64,000 bases of DNA from Candidatus Micrarchaeaceae archaeon. Its GTDB lineage: Bacteria > Chloroflexota > Dormibacteria > Aeolococcales > Bog-877. The stretch lies in contig DATKSI010000034.1 of assembly GCA_035531715.1 (NCBI GenBank), positions 101,177 through 165,176 on the forward strand, written 5' to 3'. A program made the position numbers and the translations under genes. The number at the start of each line of letters is the position of its first letter. Within the stretch, counting starts at the first letter, position 1. This document shows, in pieces, positions 1-8,289 of this stretch. The notes beneath the pieces were generated by a model, which worked only from the letters and a program-made list of their open reading frames with translations, was not told where the DNA came from and did no database searches.

Positions 1-122
1 GTAGCGCTACCTGGAAGACCCGGGCCGCCATGGGCGAGTTGGCCGCCCGGAACATCCTGGCGGTGCTCGACGGAGGAGCTCCACTTGCCTGCGCCAACCC
101 CGAGGTCGCCCGACGCCCGTGA
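1..122 (+). CDS. 3' end of a 2-hydroxyacid (phosphoglycerate-type) dehydrogenase-like gene, partial
   Basis: Frame 3 is open from the window edge and reads ...WKTRAAMGELAARNILAVLDGGAPLACANPEVARRP*, with TGA at 120-122. The tail resembles C-termini of D-isomer 2-hydroxyacid dehydrogenases. The stop overlaps the next start (GTGA). Confidence 0.35.
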   Translation, partial: SATWKTRAAMGELAARNILAVLDGGAPLACANPEVARRP

Positions 123-967
123 GGCCGAGGCTGCTCATCTCAGACCTGGACGGAACGCTCCTCGATGAGAGCCTCCGAGTGGACCAGCGCGACGTGGCCG
201 CCGTGGCCGCGGCGCGTCAGGCTGGGCTGAGGGTCGGGGTCGCCACCGGGCGTATGTACCGCTCGGGGCTGCCCCACGCACTGGCTCTGGGGGTCGATCT
301 CCCACTCATCTGCTACCAGGGAGCCCTGATCCAGGAGCTCGCCCTGGGCACCTCCGAGCGTGAGCTGGCGGACGCCCCGGTGCTGCTGCGAGAGGAGGTC
401 CCGGGAGAGCTGGGGATGGAGATCCTGGAGTTCTGCCGTCGGCAGGGGTACACCCTCAACGTGTACCAAGACGACCATCTCTACGTGGACGAGGTCAACG
501 AGGACGTCCGCTTCTACCAGGGGATCGCCCAAATCGAGGCGGAGGTGGCGCGTGATCCCTCACTGGAGGAGCGAGTCCGAAGGGGGAGTACCAAGCTGAC
601 GGTGGTGGCCGCTGACCGGGATCGCTTCCAGGTGGCCCTCGCGGAGCTCAGCTTGCTGCTGGGTAGGCGGGCGGAGGTAACCCGCTCGCTGATCGGGTTC
701 TGCGAAATCACCGCTTCCGGAGTCAACAAGGGCCACGCCCTGAGCTGGTTGTGCCGCCGCCTGGAGGTGGATCCCCAGGCGGTGGTGGCCGTCGGGGACG
801 CCCCCAATGACTTGCCCCTGCTGGCTGTGGCAGGCATCAAGGTGGCCGTGGAGACTGCGGCTGAGGAGGTGAAGGCCGCCGCCGACTGGCTGGTTCCGGG
901 GCCGGGGAGGGGAGGGCTGGCGGAGGTGGTTCGCCGGGTCCTCGGGGCCTCGGCCGGCTCCAGATGA
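119..967 (+). CDS. Cof-type HAD-IIB family phosphatase/hydrolase
   Basis: N-terminal HAD motif I (LISDLDGTLLD), a cap region, and C-terminal motif IV (VGDAPNDLPLL). Confidence 0.8.
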   Translation: MRPRLLISDLDGTLLDESLRVDQRDVAAVAAARQAGLRVGVATGRMYRSGLPHALALGVDLPLICYQGALIQELALGTSERELADAPVLLREEVPGELGMEILEFCRRQGYTLNVYQDDHLYVDEVNEDVRFYQGIAQIEAEVARDPSLEERVRRGSTKLTVVAADRDRFQVALAELSLLLGRRAEVTRSLIGFCEITASGVNKGHALSWLCRRLEVDPQAVVAVGDAPNDLPLLAVAGIKVAVETAAEEVKAAADWLVPGPGRGGLAEVVRRVLGASAGSR

Positions 968-977
968 GCGAGCGGAA

Positions 978-2084
978 TTGAGCCTCTCGGTGGGGATCGT
1001 GGGTTTGCCGAATGCCGGCAAGTCGACGCTCTTCAATTCCCTAACGCGGGCCCACGCGGCGGTCGGCGCTTTTCCCTTCACCACCATCGATCCCAACACC
1101 GGGGTGGTGCCGGTCCCCGACGACCGGATCCGCCAGCTGGCTGACGTTTTCCACCCTCCGAGGGTGATCCCGGCCACAGTGACCTTCACCGATATTGCGG
1201 GCCTGGTGCGTAATGCCCATCTCGGGGAGGGCCTGGGCAACCAGTTCCTGGGCCACGTTCGGAGCGCCGATGCCATCGCCTTTGTGCTGCGGGCTTTCAG
1301 CGCCTCTGACGTGAGCCACGTTGAGGGCCGCGTTGACCCCCTCCGCGATCTCGAGATCCTGGAGCTGGAGTTGGCGCTGGCAGACCTGGGAACCGTTGAG
1401 CGTCGGCTCGAGCGAGTCGGCAAGACCGCCCGAGCCGGGGCCGCCAGCCGGGAGCTCCAGGCGGAGGTCGCGGGGCTGGAGCAGGTGAGACAGGCGCTGG
1501 ATCAGGGGCTTCCCGCTCGCCGGGTCCGCCTCGGGGCCGAGGAGTCAGTCGGGGTTAGAGAGGCTCAGCTGCTCACCGCCAAGCCGTTGATCTTCGTGGT
1601 CAATGTCGATGAGCAAGAGTTGATCTCTGATCCGGCGCAGGGCTGGGCCGGGCCGCTCGCCGACCGGGCGCGCGCCGAGGGAGCCGACTTCGTTCCCGTC
1701 TCCGCCAAGCTCGAGGCCGAGCTCTCCGAGCTCCAACCTCTAGAGGCGGAGGAGTTCTTGGCCGGTCTGGGCTTACAGGAGGCGGGGTTGGGACGCCTCA
1801 GCCGGGCCGGGTACCACGCCCTGCGCCTCCAGACATTCTTTACCGCTGGGGAGAAAGAAGTGCGGGCGTGGACCGTATCTCAATCGGCCAATGCCAAGGA
1901 GGCCGCCGGGGTGATCCACACCGATTTCGCTAAGGGCTTCATCCGGGCCGAAGTTTGCGGCTGGCACGAGCTGGTTCAGGCCGGCAGCTACGCCGCGGTG
2001 CGGGAGCGGGGCCAGCGCCGCCTGGAGGGTCGGGACTACCTGGTCCAGGACGGTGATGTGATGCACTTTCTCTTCCACGTCTGA
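978..2084 (+). CDS. ychF: Ribosome-binding/redox-regulated ATPase YchF (Obg-like GTPase family)
   Basis: VGIVGLPNAGKSTLFN P-loop, DIAGLV motif, and C-terminal TGS-like end (IRAEV...YLVQDGDVMHFLFHV). The whole protein is colinear with YchF. Confidence 0.93.
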   Translation: MSLSVGIVGLPNAGKSTLFNSLTRAHAAVGAFPFTTIDPNTGVVPVPDDRIRQLADVFHPPRVIPATVTFTDIAGLVRNAHLGEGLGNQFLGHVRSADAIAFVLRAFSASDVSHVEGRVDPLRDLEILELELALADLGTVERRLERVGKTARAGAASRELQAEVAGLEQVRQALDQGLPARRVRLGAEESVGVREAQLLTAKPLIFVVNVDEQELISDPAQGWAGPLADRARAEGADFVPVSAKLEAELSELQPLEAEEFLAGLGLQEAGLGRLSRAGYHALRLQTFFTAGEKEVRAWTVSQSANAKEAAGVIHTDFAKGFIRAEVCGWHELVQAGSYAAVRERGQRRLEGRDYLVQDGDVMHFLFHV

Positions 2085-2202
2085 TCGGCGGGGCACCCAG
2101 GCGACCAGGTATCCGGAGCCCGCGGCTGGTGGTCGGCGAGCTCCCGTCAGACCCGCTGGGATTCCTCTTCTGCCAGCTCGGCTCAGAGCTTGATGGGGCC
2201 AG

Positions 2203-2233
2203 CAACGCGGCCCCCCCAGCGGGGGGGGCGTTG
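2203..2233 (+). other. GC-rich hairpin in the unassigned region downstream of ychF
   Basis: CAACGC (2203-2208) pairs with GCGTTG (2228-2233). This encloses a C7 run (2211-2217) facing a G8 run (2221-2228). There is no U-tract, so terminator function is uncertain. Confidence 0.25.
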
Positions 2234-2428
2234 CCCCTTGCGCTCCACAACATTCTGTGGTTCAATGCACTCCGGGCACAAGATGTGGCCCCACACACAT
2301 CGCCCACGCAGGCAGTGGGCGCTGGCACCGCTTCGTCCCCTCCTTCGCCAAGCTGACCCCCACCCAGCCGGTGCTCGCTGCCTGCACCGTTCCCGGAGAA
2401 TCGGGAGCGCAGGTTCGCTTGGATACAC

Positions 2429-2974
2429 TTGCCGCGCCCGATCGTGGGCTTGGTCCCGGCACTCTCTACCGCGGAGCTCCAATTGGCAAGACGCACCAAG
2501 CGCCGCCCGACATCGACCTCGCGCAAGCGGCCATCGACGCCGACAGGTGCTCGCCCGCCCTCGTCGGGAACCGCCCCTGTGGCAGCGGAGCCGATTCCGC
2601 AAGCGCTGGGCGAGACCGAGCCCGCCGGCGCCGTCGCTGGACCCACTCGGAGCTCCTTCCTGCCCCGGCGGCAGCCCACCCCAGACCAGGGACCCGGTGA
2701 CCGTCACGGTCCACCACCATCGGGACCGCCTGCCGTGACCGCCGCGGCGGCGGAACCGCCTCTTGGGACCACTTCCTTTCTGCCCCGCAAGGGCAGGGTC
2801 GCGGGTCGGGCGGAGCGTCAGCGCCAGCAGATGGCGCATCTGGTCCCGCTCGACGACAGCCCGGCGGTGCCCACCGACCGCACCCCCTATCTATGGCTGG
2901 ATCTACGGCGGGTGATCGGGGTCAGCGCGGTGATGATTGTGATGGTGATCCTGGGGGCGATCTTCATTCACTGA
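2429..2974 (+). CDS. Hypothetical Pro/Arg/Thr-rich protein with a single C-terminal transmembrane helix (tail-anchored topology)
   Basis: The ORF has GC-rich third positions. SFLPR occurs twice (TRSSFLPRRQP and GTTSFLPRKGR). It ends in RRVIGVSAVMIVMVILGAIFIH*. No family recognised, and the start codon is uncertain. Confidence 0.45.
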   Translation: MPRPIVGLVPALSTAELQLARRTKRRPTSTSRKRPSTPTGARPPSSGTAPVAAEPIPQALGETEPAGAVAGPTRSSFLPRRQPTPDQGPGDRHGPPPSGPPAVTAAAAEPPLGTTSFLPRKGRVAGRAERQRQQMAHLVPLDDSPAVPTDRTPYLWLDLRRVIGVSAVMIVMVILGAIFIH

Positions 2975-3010
2975 GCGGCGCCTTCTCAGGCCGTCTCTAT
3001 ACTCGCTGAG

Positions 3011-4177
3011 ATGCGGGTGATCCTCTACACCGGCAAGGGCGGTGTGGGCAAGACCACAGTCGCAGCCGCCTCTGCCGTCAAGTGCGCTGCGATGGGCCTC
3101 CGAACTTTGGTCATCTCCACTGACGCCGCCCACAGCCTGGGCGACTCGTTGGACCGTGAACTGGCGCCTGAGCCGGTGGAGGTGGCGGAGAACCTCTTTG
3201 CCCAGGAGGTCAATGCGCTCCATGAAATGGAGGGTCACTGGGACAAGATCCACGGCTACCTGGCGGTGCTGTTCAACAGCCAGGGGGTCGACGAGATTAT
3301 CGCCGAAGAACTGGCGACGCCCCCCGGAATGGAGGAGATCTCCAGCTTGATGTGGATCCGGCGCCACGCTCAGCGGCAAGAGTACGACGTGCTGATCGTG
3401 GACTGCGCACCGACCGGGGAGACCCTGCAGCTCTTGGCCTTCCCGGATGTCGCCCGCTGGTACCTGGACCGTATCTTTCCGCTGGAACGCAAGGTCATGA
3501 AAGTGGCTCGCCCGGTAATCCAGCCGTTCGTAAAGATTCCTCTGCCAGGCGATGAAATTTACGGATCGATCAAGGAGCTTTTGCTCGACCTGGAGTCGAT
3601 GAAGGAGGTGCTCAGCGATTCCAAGACGTGCACGGTACGCTTGGTGCTAAACCTTGAAAAGATGGTGATCAAGGAGGCCCAGAGGGCGTACACCTACTTG
3701 AATCTATACGACTATCAGGTGGATGCAGTGCTGGTGAACCGAGTGCTCCCGGAGGCAGTCAGCGAAGGTTACTTCGCCGACTGGCGTAAGTCCCAGCAGC
3801 GCTACGCGGAACAGGTGGAGGCGGCCTTTTCGCCGGTGCCGATCCTCAACAGCCAGCTCTTCGATCACGAGGTCGTGGGCCTGGAAAATTTGCGGGAATT
3901 AGGCGACTCACTCTTCGGGTCGATCGACCCCAGCGCGGTCTTGTTCAACACCAAGCCGCAGGCTCTGACCAAGGACGACCACGGCTATGTGCTCACCCTC
4001 CAACTCCCGTTCGCCACCAAGGAGCAAGTCGAACTGACGCAGCGGGACGACGACCTTTACGTTAGCGTCGGTCCCTACAAGCGAGAGATAAGCCTGCCCC
4101 GGGTGCTTCACGGCAAAGTGACCACCTCCGCCAACTTGGAGAGCGGCCGGCTGGCGATTCATTTTGGGAGATCCTGA
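3011..4177 (+). CDS. ArsA/Get3-family (anion-transporting-type) ATPase with C-terminal Hsp20/alpha-crystallin-like domain
   Basis: Deviant Walker A (YTGKGGVGKTTVAAA) and an ArsA signature-like motif (DCAPTGETLQLL). The C-terminal beta-rich segment (YVLTLQLPFATKEQVELTQRDDDLYVSVGPYKREISLP) resembles the ArsA-associated HSP20-like domain. Confidence 0.85.
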   Translation: MRVILYTGKGGVGKTTVAAASAVKCAAMGLRTLVISTDAAHSLGDSLDRELAPEPVEVAENLFAQEVNALHEMEGHWDKIHGYLAVLFNSQGVDEIIAEELATPPGMEEISSLMWIRRHAQRQEYDVLIVDCAPTGETLQLLAFPDVARWYLDRIFPLERKVMKVARPVIQPFVKIPLPGDEIYGSIKELLLDLESMKEVLSDSKTCTVRLVLNLEKMVIKEAQRAYTYLNLYDYQVDAVLVNRVLPEAVSEGYFADWRKSQQRYAEQVEAAFSPVPILNSQLFDHEVVGLENLRELGDSLFGSIDPSAVLFNTKPQALTKDDHGYVLTLQLPFATKEQVELTQRDDDLYVSVGPYKREISLPRVLHGKVTTSANLESGRLAIHFGRS

Positions 4178-4407
4178 TGGAGCGTGACGAGGCGGCCCGC
4201 CTTGGCAAATGGGCGGTTCGGCAGCTGGGCGGAGTGGTGATCAAAGCCGTCGACGAGTTGGGAGAGCTGGTGCCCCCCGAATCCCGGTCCCACCTGTTCA
4301 AGGCTCAGCGTGAAGTGTTCCTCGCGGCCGCCGCTGCCATCGAGCATCGGCGTCATCCCAAGGCGCCCAAGGGCCGGCGCCGCGCCCGCAAGATCGTCCT
4401 GGACTGA
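4177..4407 (+). CDS. Small basic hypothetical protein, translationally coupled to the ArsA-like gene
   Basis: TGATG overlap with the upstream stop. 76 aa, predicted helical, with a Lys/Arg-rich tail (HPKAPKGRRRARKIVLD). No recognisable family. Confidence 0.5.
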   Translation: MERDEAARLGKWAVRQLGGVVIKAVDELGELVPPESRSHLFKAQREVFLAAAAAIEHRRHPKAPKGRRRARKIVLD

Positions 4408-4413
4408 GAGTCG

Positions 4414-5196
4414 GTGCTCGGAAGCAGCGTCGAGTTCTATCTCGTCCTGTTACTCTTCGCCGTCCCCGGAATCGTCCTCGGCTTCACCATTCATGAGTAC
4501 TGCCACGCCCGGGTGGCGACCTCGTATGGCGACCCCACCCCTCAGGCGCAGGGCCGCCTCTCCTTCAACCCCGCCAACCAGATCGACCCCCTCGGGCTGG
4601 CCGCGCTGGTCTTGATCGGGATGGGTTTCGCCCGTCCGGTGCAGTTCAATCCGCTCTTCGTTCGGCACGGGCGGCAGCGGGCCTGGCTCTCTGCGGCGGG
4701 CCCGCTCAGCAACCTGGTGGTCGCGGCCCTGCTCGGCGTGATCCTGCGGCTCTTGATCCTGGCCGACCCCGCCGTCCAGTCCTGCTTCCTGCCCAGTTTC
4801 GACCTCACGTTCGCCGGCTATCTCTACTGGATCCTGATCGAGGCCTTCTTCGTCAACGTCATCCTATTCGTGTTCAACCTGATCCCGATCCCACCCCTGG
4901 ACGGGTACGGAGTGGCCGAAGGGTTGCTTCGCAGCCGCCTTCCCTCCCTCTTCCAGTGGATCGATCGCAATCGGACGGGAATCCTGCTGGGCGCCCTCTT
5001 CCTCTTCTTCATCCTGCCCCAGTTCTTCAATTCCGGCTTCTCCATCGGAAGTCCGATCCTGGTGGTCGCGGACGGGCTCTGGCGGGGGGTGGTGGGAGGG
5101 ATCCCCCCGCCCGAGTACTTCCCCAATCTGAGTTACCTGATCTCGCCCGCTTCGCCGGGCCTGGCCACGGCGCTGGCCAACCCTTGCTTCGGGTAG
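4414..5196 (+). CDS. Site-2 protease family (peptidase M50) membrane metalloprotease
   Basis: HExxH within a TM helix (FTIHEYCHARVA). Second metal-ligand motif NLIPIPPLDG. Multiple hydrophobic segments. Confidence 0.85.
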   Translation: MLGSSVEFYLVLLLFAVPGIVLGFTIHEYCHARVATSYGDPTPQAQGRLSFNPANQIDPLGLAALVLIGMGFARPVQFNPLFVRHGRQRAWLSAAGPLSNLVVAALLGVILRLLILADPAVQSCFLPSFDLTFAGYLYWILIEAFFVNVILFVFNLIPIPPLDGYGVAEGLLRSRLPSLFQWIDRNRTGILLGALFLFFILPQFFNSGFSIGSPILVVADGLWRGVVGGIPPPEYFPNLSYLISPASPGLATALANPCFG

Positions 5197-5699
5197 CCGA
5201 TCGGCCAATCGTCGGCGCCCAGGCCGTCGTGGTGGACGACCAGGGCCGGGTCTTGCTGCAGTTCCGACCTTGGCCGGCCGGATGGGAGCCTCCGGGTGGC
5301 CATGTCGGCCCCGAGGAGGACCCGGTGGAGGCGGTGGTGCGGGAGACCAGCGAGGAGACCGGCCTGGATATCGAGATCGAACGGCTGGTTGGCTTCTACC
5401 GATTCACCGGGATCAGACGCGACACCGACGTCGTCTTCCGGGCCCGCGCCCGGGGGGGTCGGCTGCAGCGCAGTCGAGAAGCCTGGCGGCTGCGCTGGAC
5501 CTACCCCGACCAACTCCCCCGCTCACTCTTTCCCTGGTACCAGCAGCGGATTCAGGACGCGCTCGCGCCCATTCCCGGGACCCCCTGGGAGCGTCTCCAG
5601 CCGGTGGGGCTGGGCACCGTGGGGCACCACGGTCTGGCGTTGGCCCGAGATCTGCTGGGCACGCTCGGGCGATCGCCGGGCCGGCCAGCCGCACCCTGA
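5184..5699 (+). CDS. NUDIX hydrolase
   Basis: Nudix box GGHVGPEEDPVEAVVRETSEETGL. The start is uncertain: TTG 5184 keeps the first beta strand, and GTG 5229/5232 are alternatives. The long ORF-track start at 4956 lies inside the M50 gene. Confidence 0.8.
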   Translation: MLRVADRPIVGAQAVVVDDQGRVLLQFRPWPAGWEPPGGHVGPEEDPVEAVVRETSEETGLDIEIERLVGFYRFTGIRRDTDVVFRARARGGRLQRSREAWRLRWTYPDQLPRSLFPWYQQRIQDALAPIPGTPWERLQPVGLGTVGHHGLALARDLLGTLGRSPGRPAAP

Positions 5700-5703
5700 G
5701 CTG

Positions 5704-6696
5704 ATGCAGGTCGCGCTCGCCTTCGCTGCCGGACTGGTTCTGATGCTGATCGCGGCCACCCTATTCACCAACGCCGTCGAGTGGGGGGCTCGCAGCCTGG
5801 GAATGGGTCACGGCATGACCGGAAGTGTGATGGCCGCGGTGGGCACCGCGATGCCGGAAACGATCGTGCCGATCGTGGCGCTGATCGCCGGCGGACGGGA
5901 GGCCACCCAGACCGCCACCGGCGCGATCCTCGGCGCCCCGCTGATGCTGGCGACCATCGGCTTGGGACTGGTCGGGATCGTCGGGCTGATCTGCGGTCGG
6001 ACCTACCTGCGGGTGGGCGCCCAAGACGCCCGAAGGGTGCTTTGGGCCTTTGCGCTGAGCTTCGGGTTGCTGATCGTGGGCGCCTTTCTCCCCACCCCGT
6101 TGCGCTGGGTCGACGCCCTTCTGCTGGCTCTCTTCTATGTCGGCTTCGTGCGGCGCACCCTCCGGGCCGATGTCGCTCCGGAGGGTGACTACGAGCCGCT
6201 CTGGTTCTCCCGGCTGGTCGGGAGCTGGACCCCAGAGGGACGGGGCCGGCTGGCCCTGCCTGCCGTCCAGTTACTGGTGGGCCTGGCAGGGCTCGCTCTG
6301 GCCAGCGAGATCTTTCTGTTCGGGCTCCATCAGGTAGCCCGCCAGGCTCACCTGGCACCGCTGGTGCTGGCGCTGCTGCTGGTCCCGATCGCGACCGAGC
6401 TGCCCGAGGTCACTGCGGGCAGCCTCTGGATCAGACGCGACCGGGACGCGCTGGCGCTCGGCAACGTCACCGGATCGATGGTCTTCCAGGCCACCTTCCC
6501 CGCGATCATCGGGCTCTGTTTCACCCCCTGGCGACTTTCCCAGGCGGGCTTTCTCGCGGCGGCGGTCACCGGGGTGGCCGTGGTCATCGCCCTCTTTGCC
6601 GCTACCAAGAAGGGGGTGAGCGCCTGGACGCTGGCCCCGATGGGGATCGGTCTTTACGCCGCCTATGGAATCACGGTCCTGGTGTGGAGGGTCTGA
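5704..6696 (+). CDS. Ca2+/cation antiporter-family (CaCA) sodium/calcium exchanger membrane protein
   Basis: ATG 5704 follows the Nudix stop. Two alpha-repeat motifs (VGTAMPETIV and IATELPEVTAG). About 10 hydrophobic segments. The ORF-track N-terminal extension (5296-5703) is out-of-frame overlap with the Nudix gene. Confidence 0.8.
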   Translation: MQVALAFAAGLVLMLIAATLFTNAVEWGARSLGMGHGMTGSVMAAVGTAMPETIVPIVALIAGGREATQTATGAILGAPLMLATIGLGLVGIVGLICGRTYLRVGAQDARRVLWAFALSFGLLIVGAFLPTPLRWVDALLLALFYVGFVRRTLRADVAPEGDYEPLWFSRLVGSWTPEGRGRLALPAVQLLVGLAGLALASEIFLFGLHQVARQAHLAPLVLALLLVPIATELPEVTAGSLWIRRDRDALALGNVTGSMVFQATFPAIIGLCFTPWRLSQAGFLAAAVTGVAVVIALFAATKKGVSAWTLAPMGIGLYAAYGITVLVWRV

Positions 6697-6698
6697 TC

Positions 6699-7409
6699 GT
6701 GAGACGGCTGGTGCTCCTCCTGGGTCCATCCGCGATGCTGGCGGCGCTGGGATGCCTGCTCGCCGGCTGCGGTCAGAGTCTGCCCAGCGGGACTGCCTTG
6801 GTCGACCGGGTGGCGGCATCCATGGCCCACCTCAGCGGGTACCGGATCACCGGCACCATCCGGGCGGTCAAGACCACCACTAGCTTCCGGGTAGCGGTCC
6901 GGCGGGACGGGGATTTTCAGGGCACCCTCGATATCTCTGTGCCGGCGGCGGCGCTCTTTCAAAGCGACGTGGTGGCGATCGGCGGTCGGGTCTACGTCCG
7001 CTCGCCAACTGAGCTGCAGCAGCTGGGCATCAGCGCCTTGCCGGGGAACCTCAACCCAGCCACCACCTGGGTGGTCCAACCCAAGTTGGTGGCTCTCAGC
7101 TATCGCCAGAGCGTCCGTCCGTTTTCAGGCTCGGGACTGGCCGGCACCCTGAGGCGGGCTTTACGAGGACCGCTGACGGTGAGCCGGTCTAAGCTCGGGG
7201 GTGTGCCGGTCCTAGTGGTCGAGGAGAGAGGCGGAGGCTCATCATTACGGCTGTTCGTCGAGCCTGTCAGCGATCGCCTTCTGGAGTTGGCCATCAGCGG
7301 AGATCAGCCGGTTTCGCTTCATTACAGCGCGTTCGGCCGGAGTCCGGCGGTGATTCCCCCGCCCACCGCTGACGTCTACGTCCCACCCGCTCAAGCGGCC
7401 TCGGGGTAG
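6699..7409 (+). CDS. Secreted lipoprotein, function unknown
   Basis: GGAGGG lies 7 nt upstream of GTG 6699. Signal peptide with lipobox (RRLVLLLGPSAMLAALGCLLAGCGQS). The mature part is beta-rich. Confidence 0.7.
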   Translation: MRRLVLLLGPSAMLAALGCLLAGCGQSLPSGTALVDRVAASMAHLSGYRITGTIRAVKTTTSFRVAVRRDGDFQGTLDISVPAAALFQSDVVAIGGRVYVRSPTELQQLGISALPGNLNPATTWVVQPKLVALSYRQSVRPFSGSGLAGTLRRALRGPLTVSRSKLGGVPVLVVEERGGGSSLRLFVEPVSDRLLELAISGDQPVSLHYSAFGRSPAVIPPPTADVYVPPAQAASG

Positions 7410-7411
7410 TC

Positions 7412-8284
7412 ATGGTCACGATTGGCGCCCACGTCTCCGCCGCGGGGGGGATATCGATGGCCTTCGACCGTGCCCTTCAGATCGGCGCTGAGGCGGTTCA
7501 GATTCATCCCACGCCGCCTCAGACTTGGCGACGAATTGACCCCGATCCGGAGCAGGTGGCCACCTTTAAGCGACGCATGGAGGAGACCTCCCTCAACGCC
7601 TTTTTCTTTCATGCCGTCTACCTAATCAACCTGGCGACAGCCAAGGAGGAGCTGCTAGCTCAGTCGCGCGGATCTCTGCGCCATCACCTGGAGTTAGCCA
7701 ACCGGCTCGGCGTGCGAGGGGTGATCTTCCACCCCGGCTCGCACAAGGGCCTGGGATTCGAGACGGTGCTGCCTCAGATCGCCGCGGCGATGCGCGGGGC
7801 GCTCGACGAGGCCGAAGGCGAGAGCCTCTTGATCATCGAGAACAGCGCCGGGTCCGGGGACAACATCGGCAGCTCCTTCGCCCAGATAAGGCAGATGATG
7901 GAGGCGGTGGACGATTCCCGGGTGCGGCTATGCCTGGACACCGCGCACGCCTTCACGGCCGGTTACGACCTGCGGAACGAGGAGGGGCTGCGCCAGACGG
8001 TGGCGGAGCTGGGGCGGGAGATCGGTTTCGAGCGACTCGCAGCCATCCACGCCAATGACTCCAAGGCTGCCTTTGGCTCCAATGTAGATCGCCATCAGAA
8101 CATCGGCGATGGCGAGATCGGATCGGAGGCTTTCCGGCGGATGTTGGCCGATCCGGAGCTCACCCGGGCGCCCTTCATCCTGGAGGTACCGGGCCTCGAG
8201 CACCAGGGCCCGGACCGGGCCAATGTGGAGCGGCTCAGGGAGCTCGCCGGTCTGCCCCAGCTGCAGCCCAGCCCGGAGAACTGA
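7412..8284 (+). CDS. nfo: Deoxyribonuclease IV (endonuclease IV)
   Basis: IGAHVS...ALQIGAEAVQI N-terminus. Metal-binding motifs FHPGSH and IHANDSK...DRHQNIGDGEIG. Confidence 0.92.
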   Translation: MVTIGAHVSAAGGISMAFDRALQIGAEAVQIHPTPPQTWRRIDPDPEQVATFKRRMEETSLNAFFFHAVYLINLATAKEELLAQSRGSLRHHLELANRLGVRGVIFHPGSHKGLGFETVLPQIAAAMRGALDEAEGESLLIIENSAGSGDNIGSSFAQIRQMMEAVDDSRVRLCLDTAHAFTAGYDLRNEEGLRQTVAELGREIGFERLAAIHANDSKAAFGSNVDRHQNIGDGEIGSEAFRRMLADPELTRAPFILEVPGLEHQGPDRANVERLRELAGLPQLQPSPEN

Positions 8285-8289
8285 CTCGG

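Noticed and set aside
560-1423. Long antisense or alternative-frame ORFs throughout the window. Examples: 560-1423 (-), 10541-10798 (+), 17258-18469 (+), 20395-21237 (-), 35655-36617 (-), 43238-44215 (-), 45562-46776 (-), 61167-62216 (-).
   Set aside because: They lie opposite or out of frame to genes with clear family motifs. They translate to Arg/Pro/Gly/His-rich strings and are the expected shadow ORFs of GC-rich third-position bias.
5296-5703. N-terminal 136 aa of the 466-aa ORF-track entry that would fuse to the CaCA exchanger. Similar over-extensions occur at 4956 (Nudix), 20997 and 21719 (permease and TusA), 27537 (ddl), 36310 (binding protein), 41515-42672 (ATPase), 44257 (dioxygenase) and 10998 (HxlR).
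   Set aside because: The extensions overlap the preceding, well-supported genes in another frame and have non-protein-like composition. Internal starts with SD motifs or stop/start overlaps fit the family N-termini.
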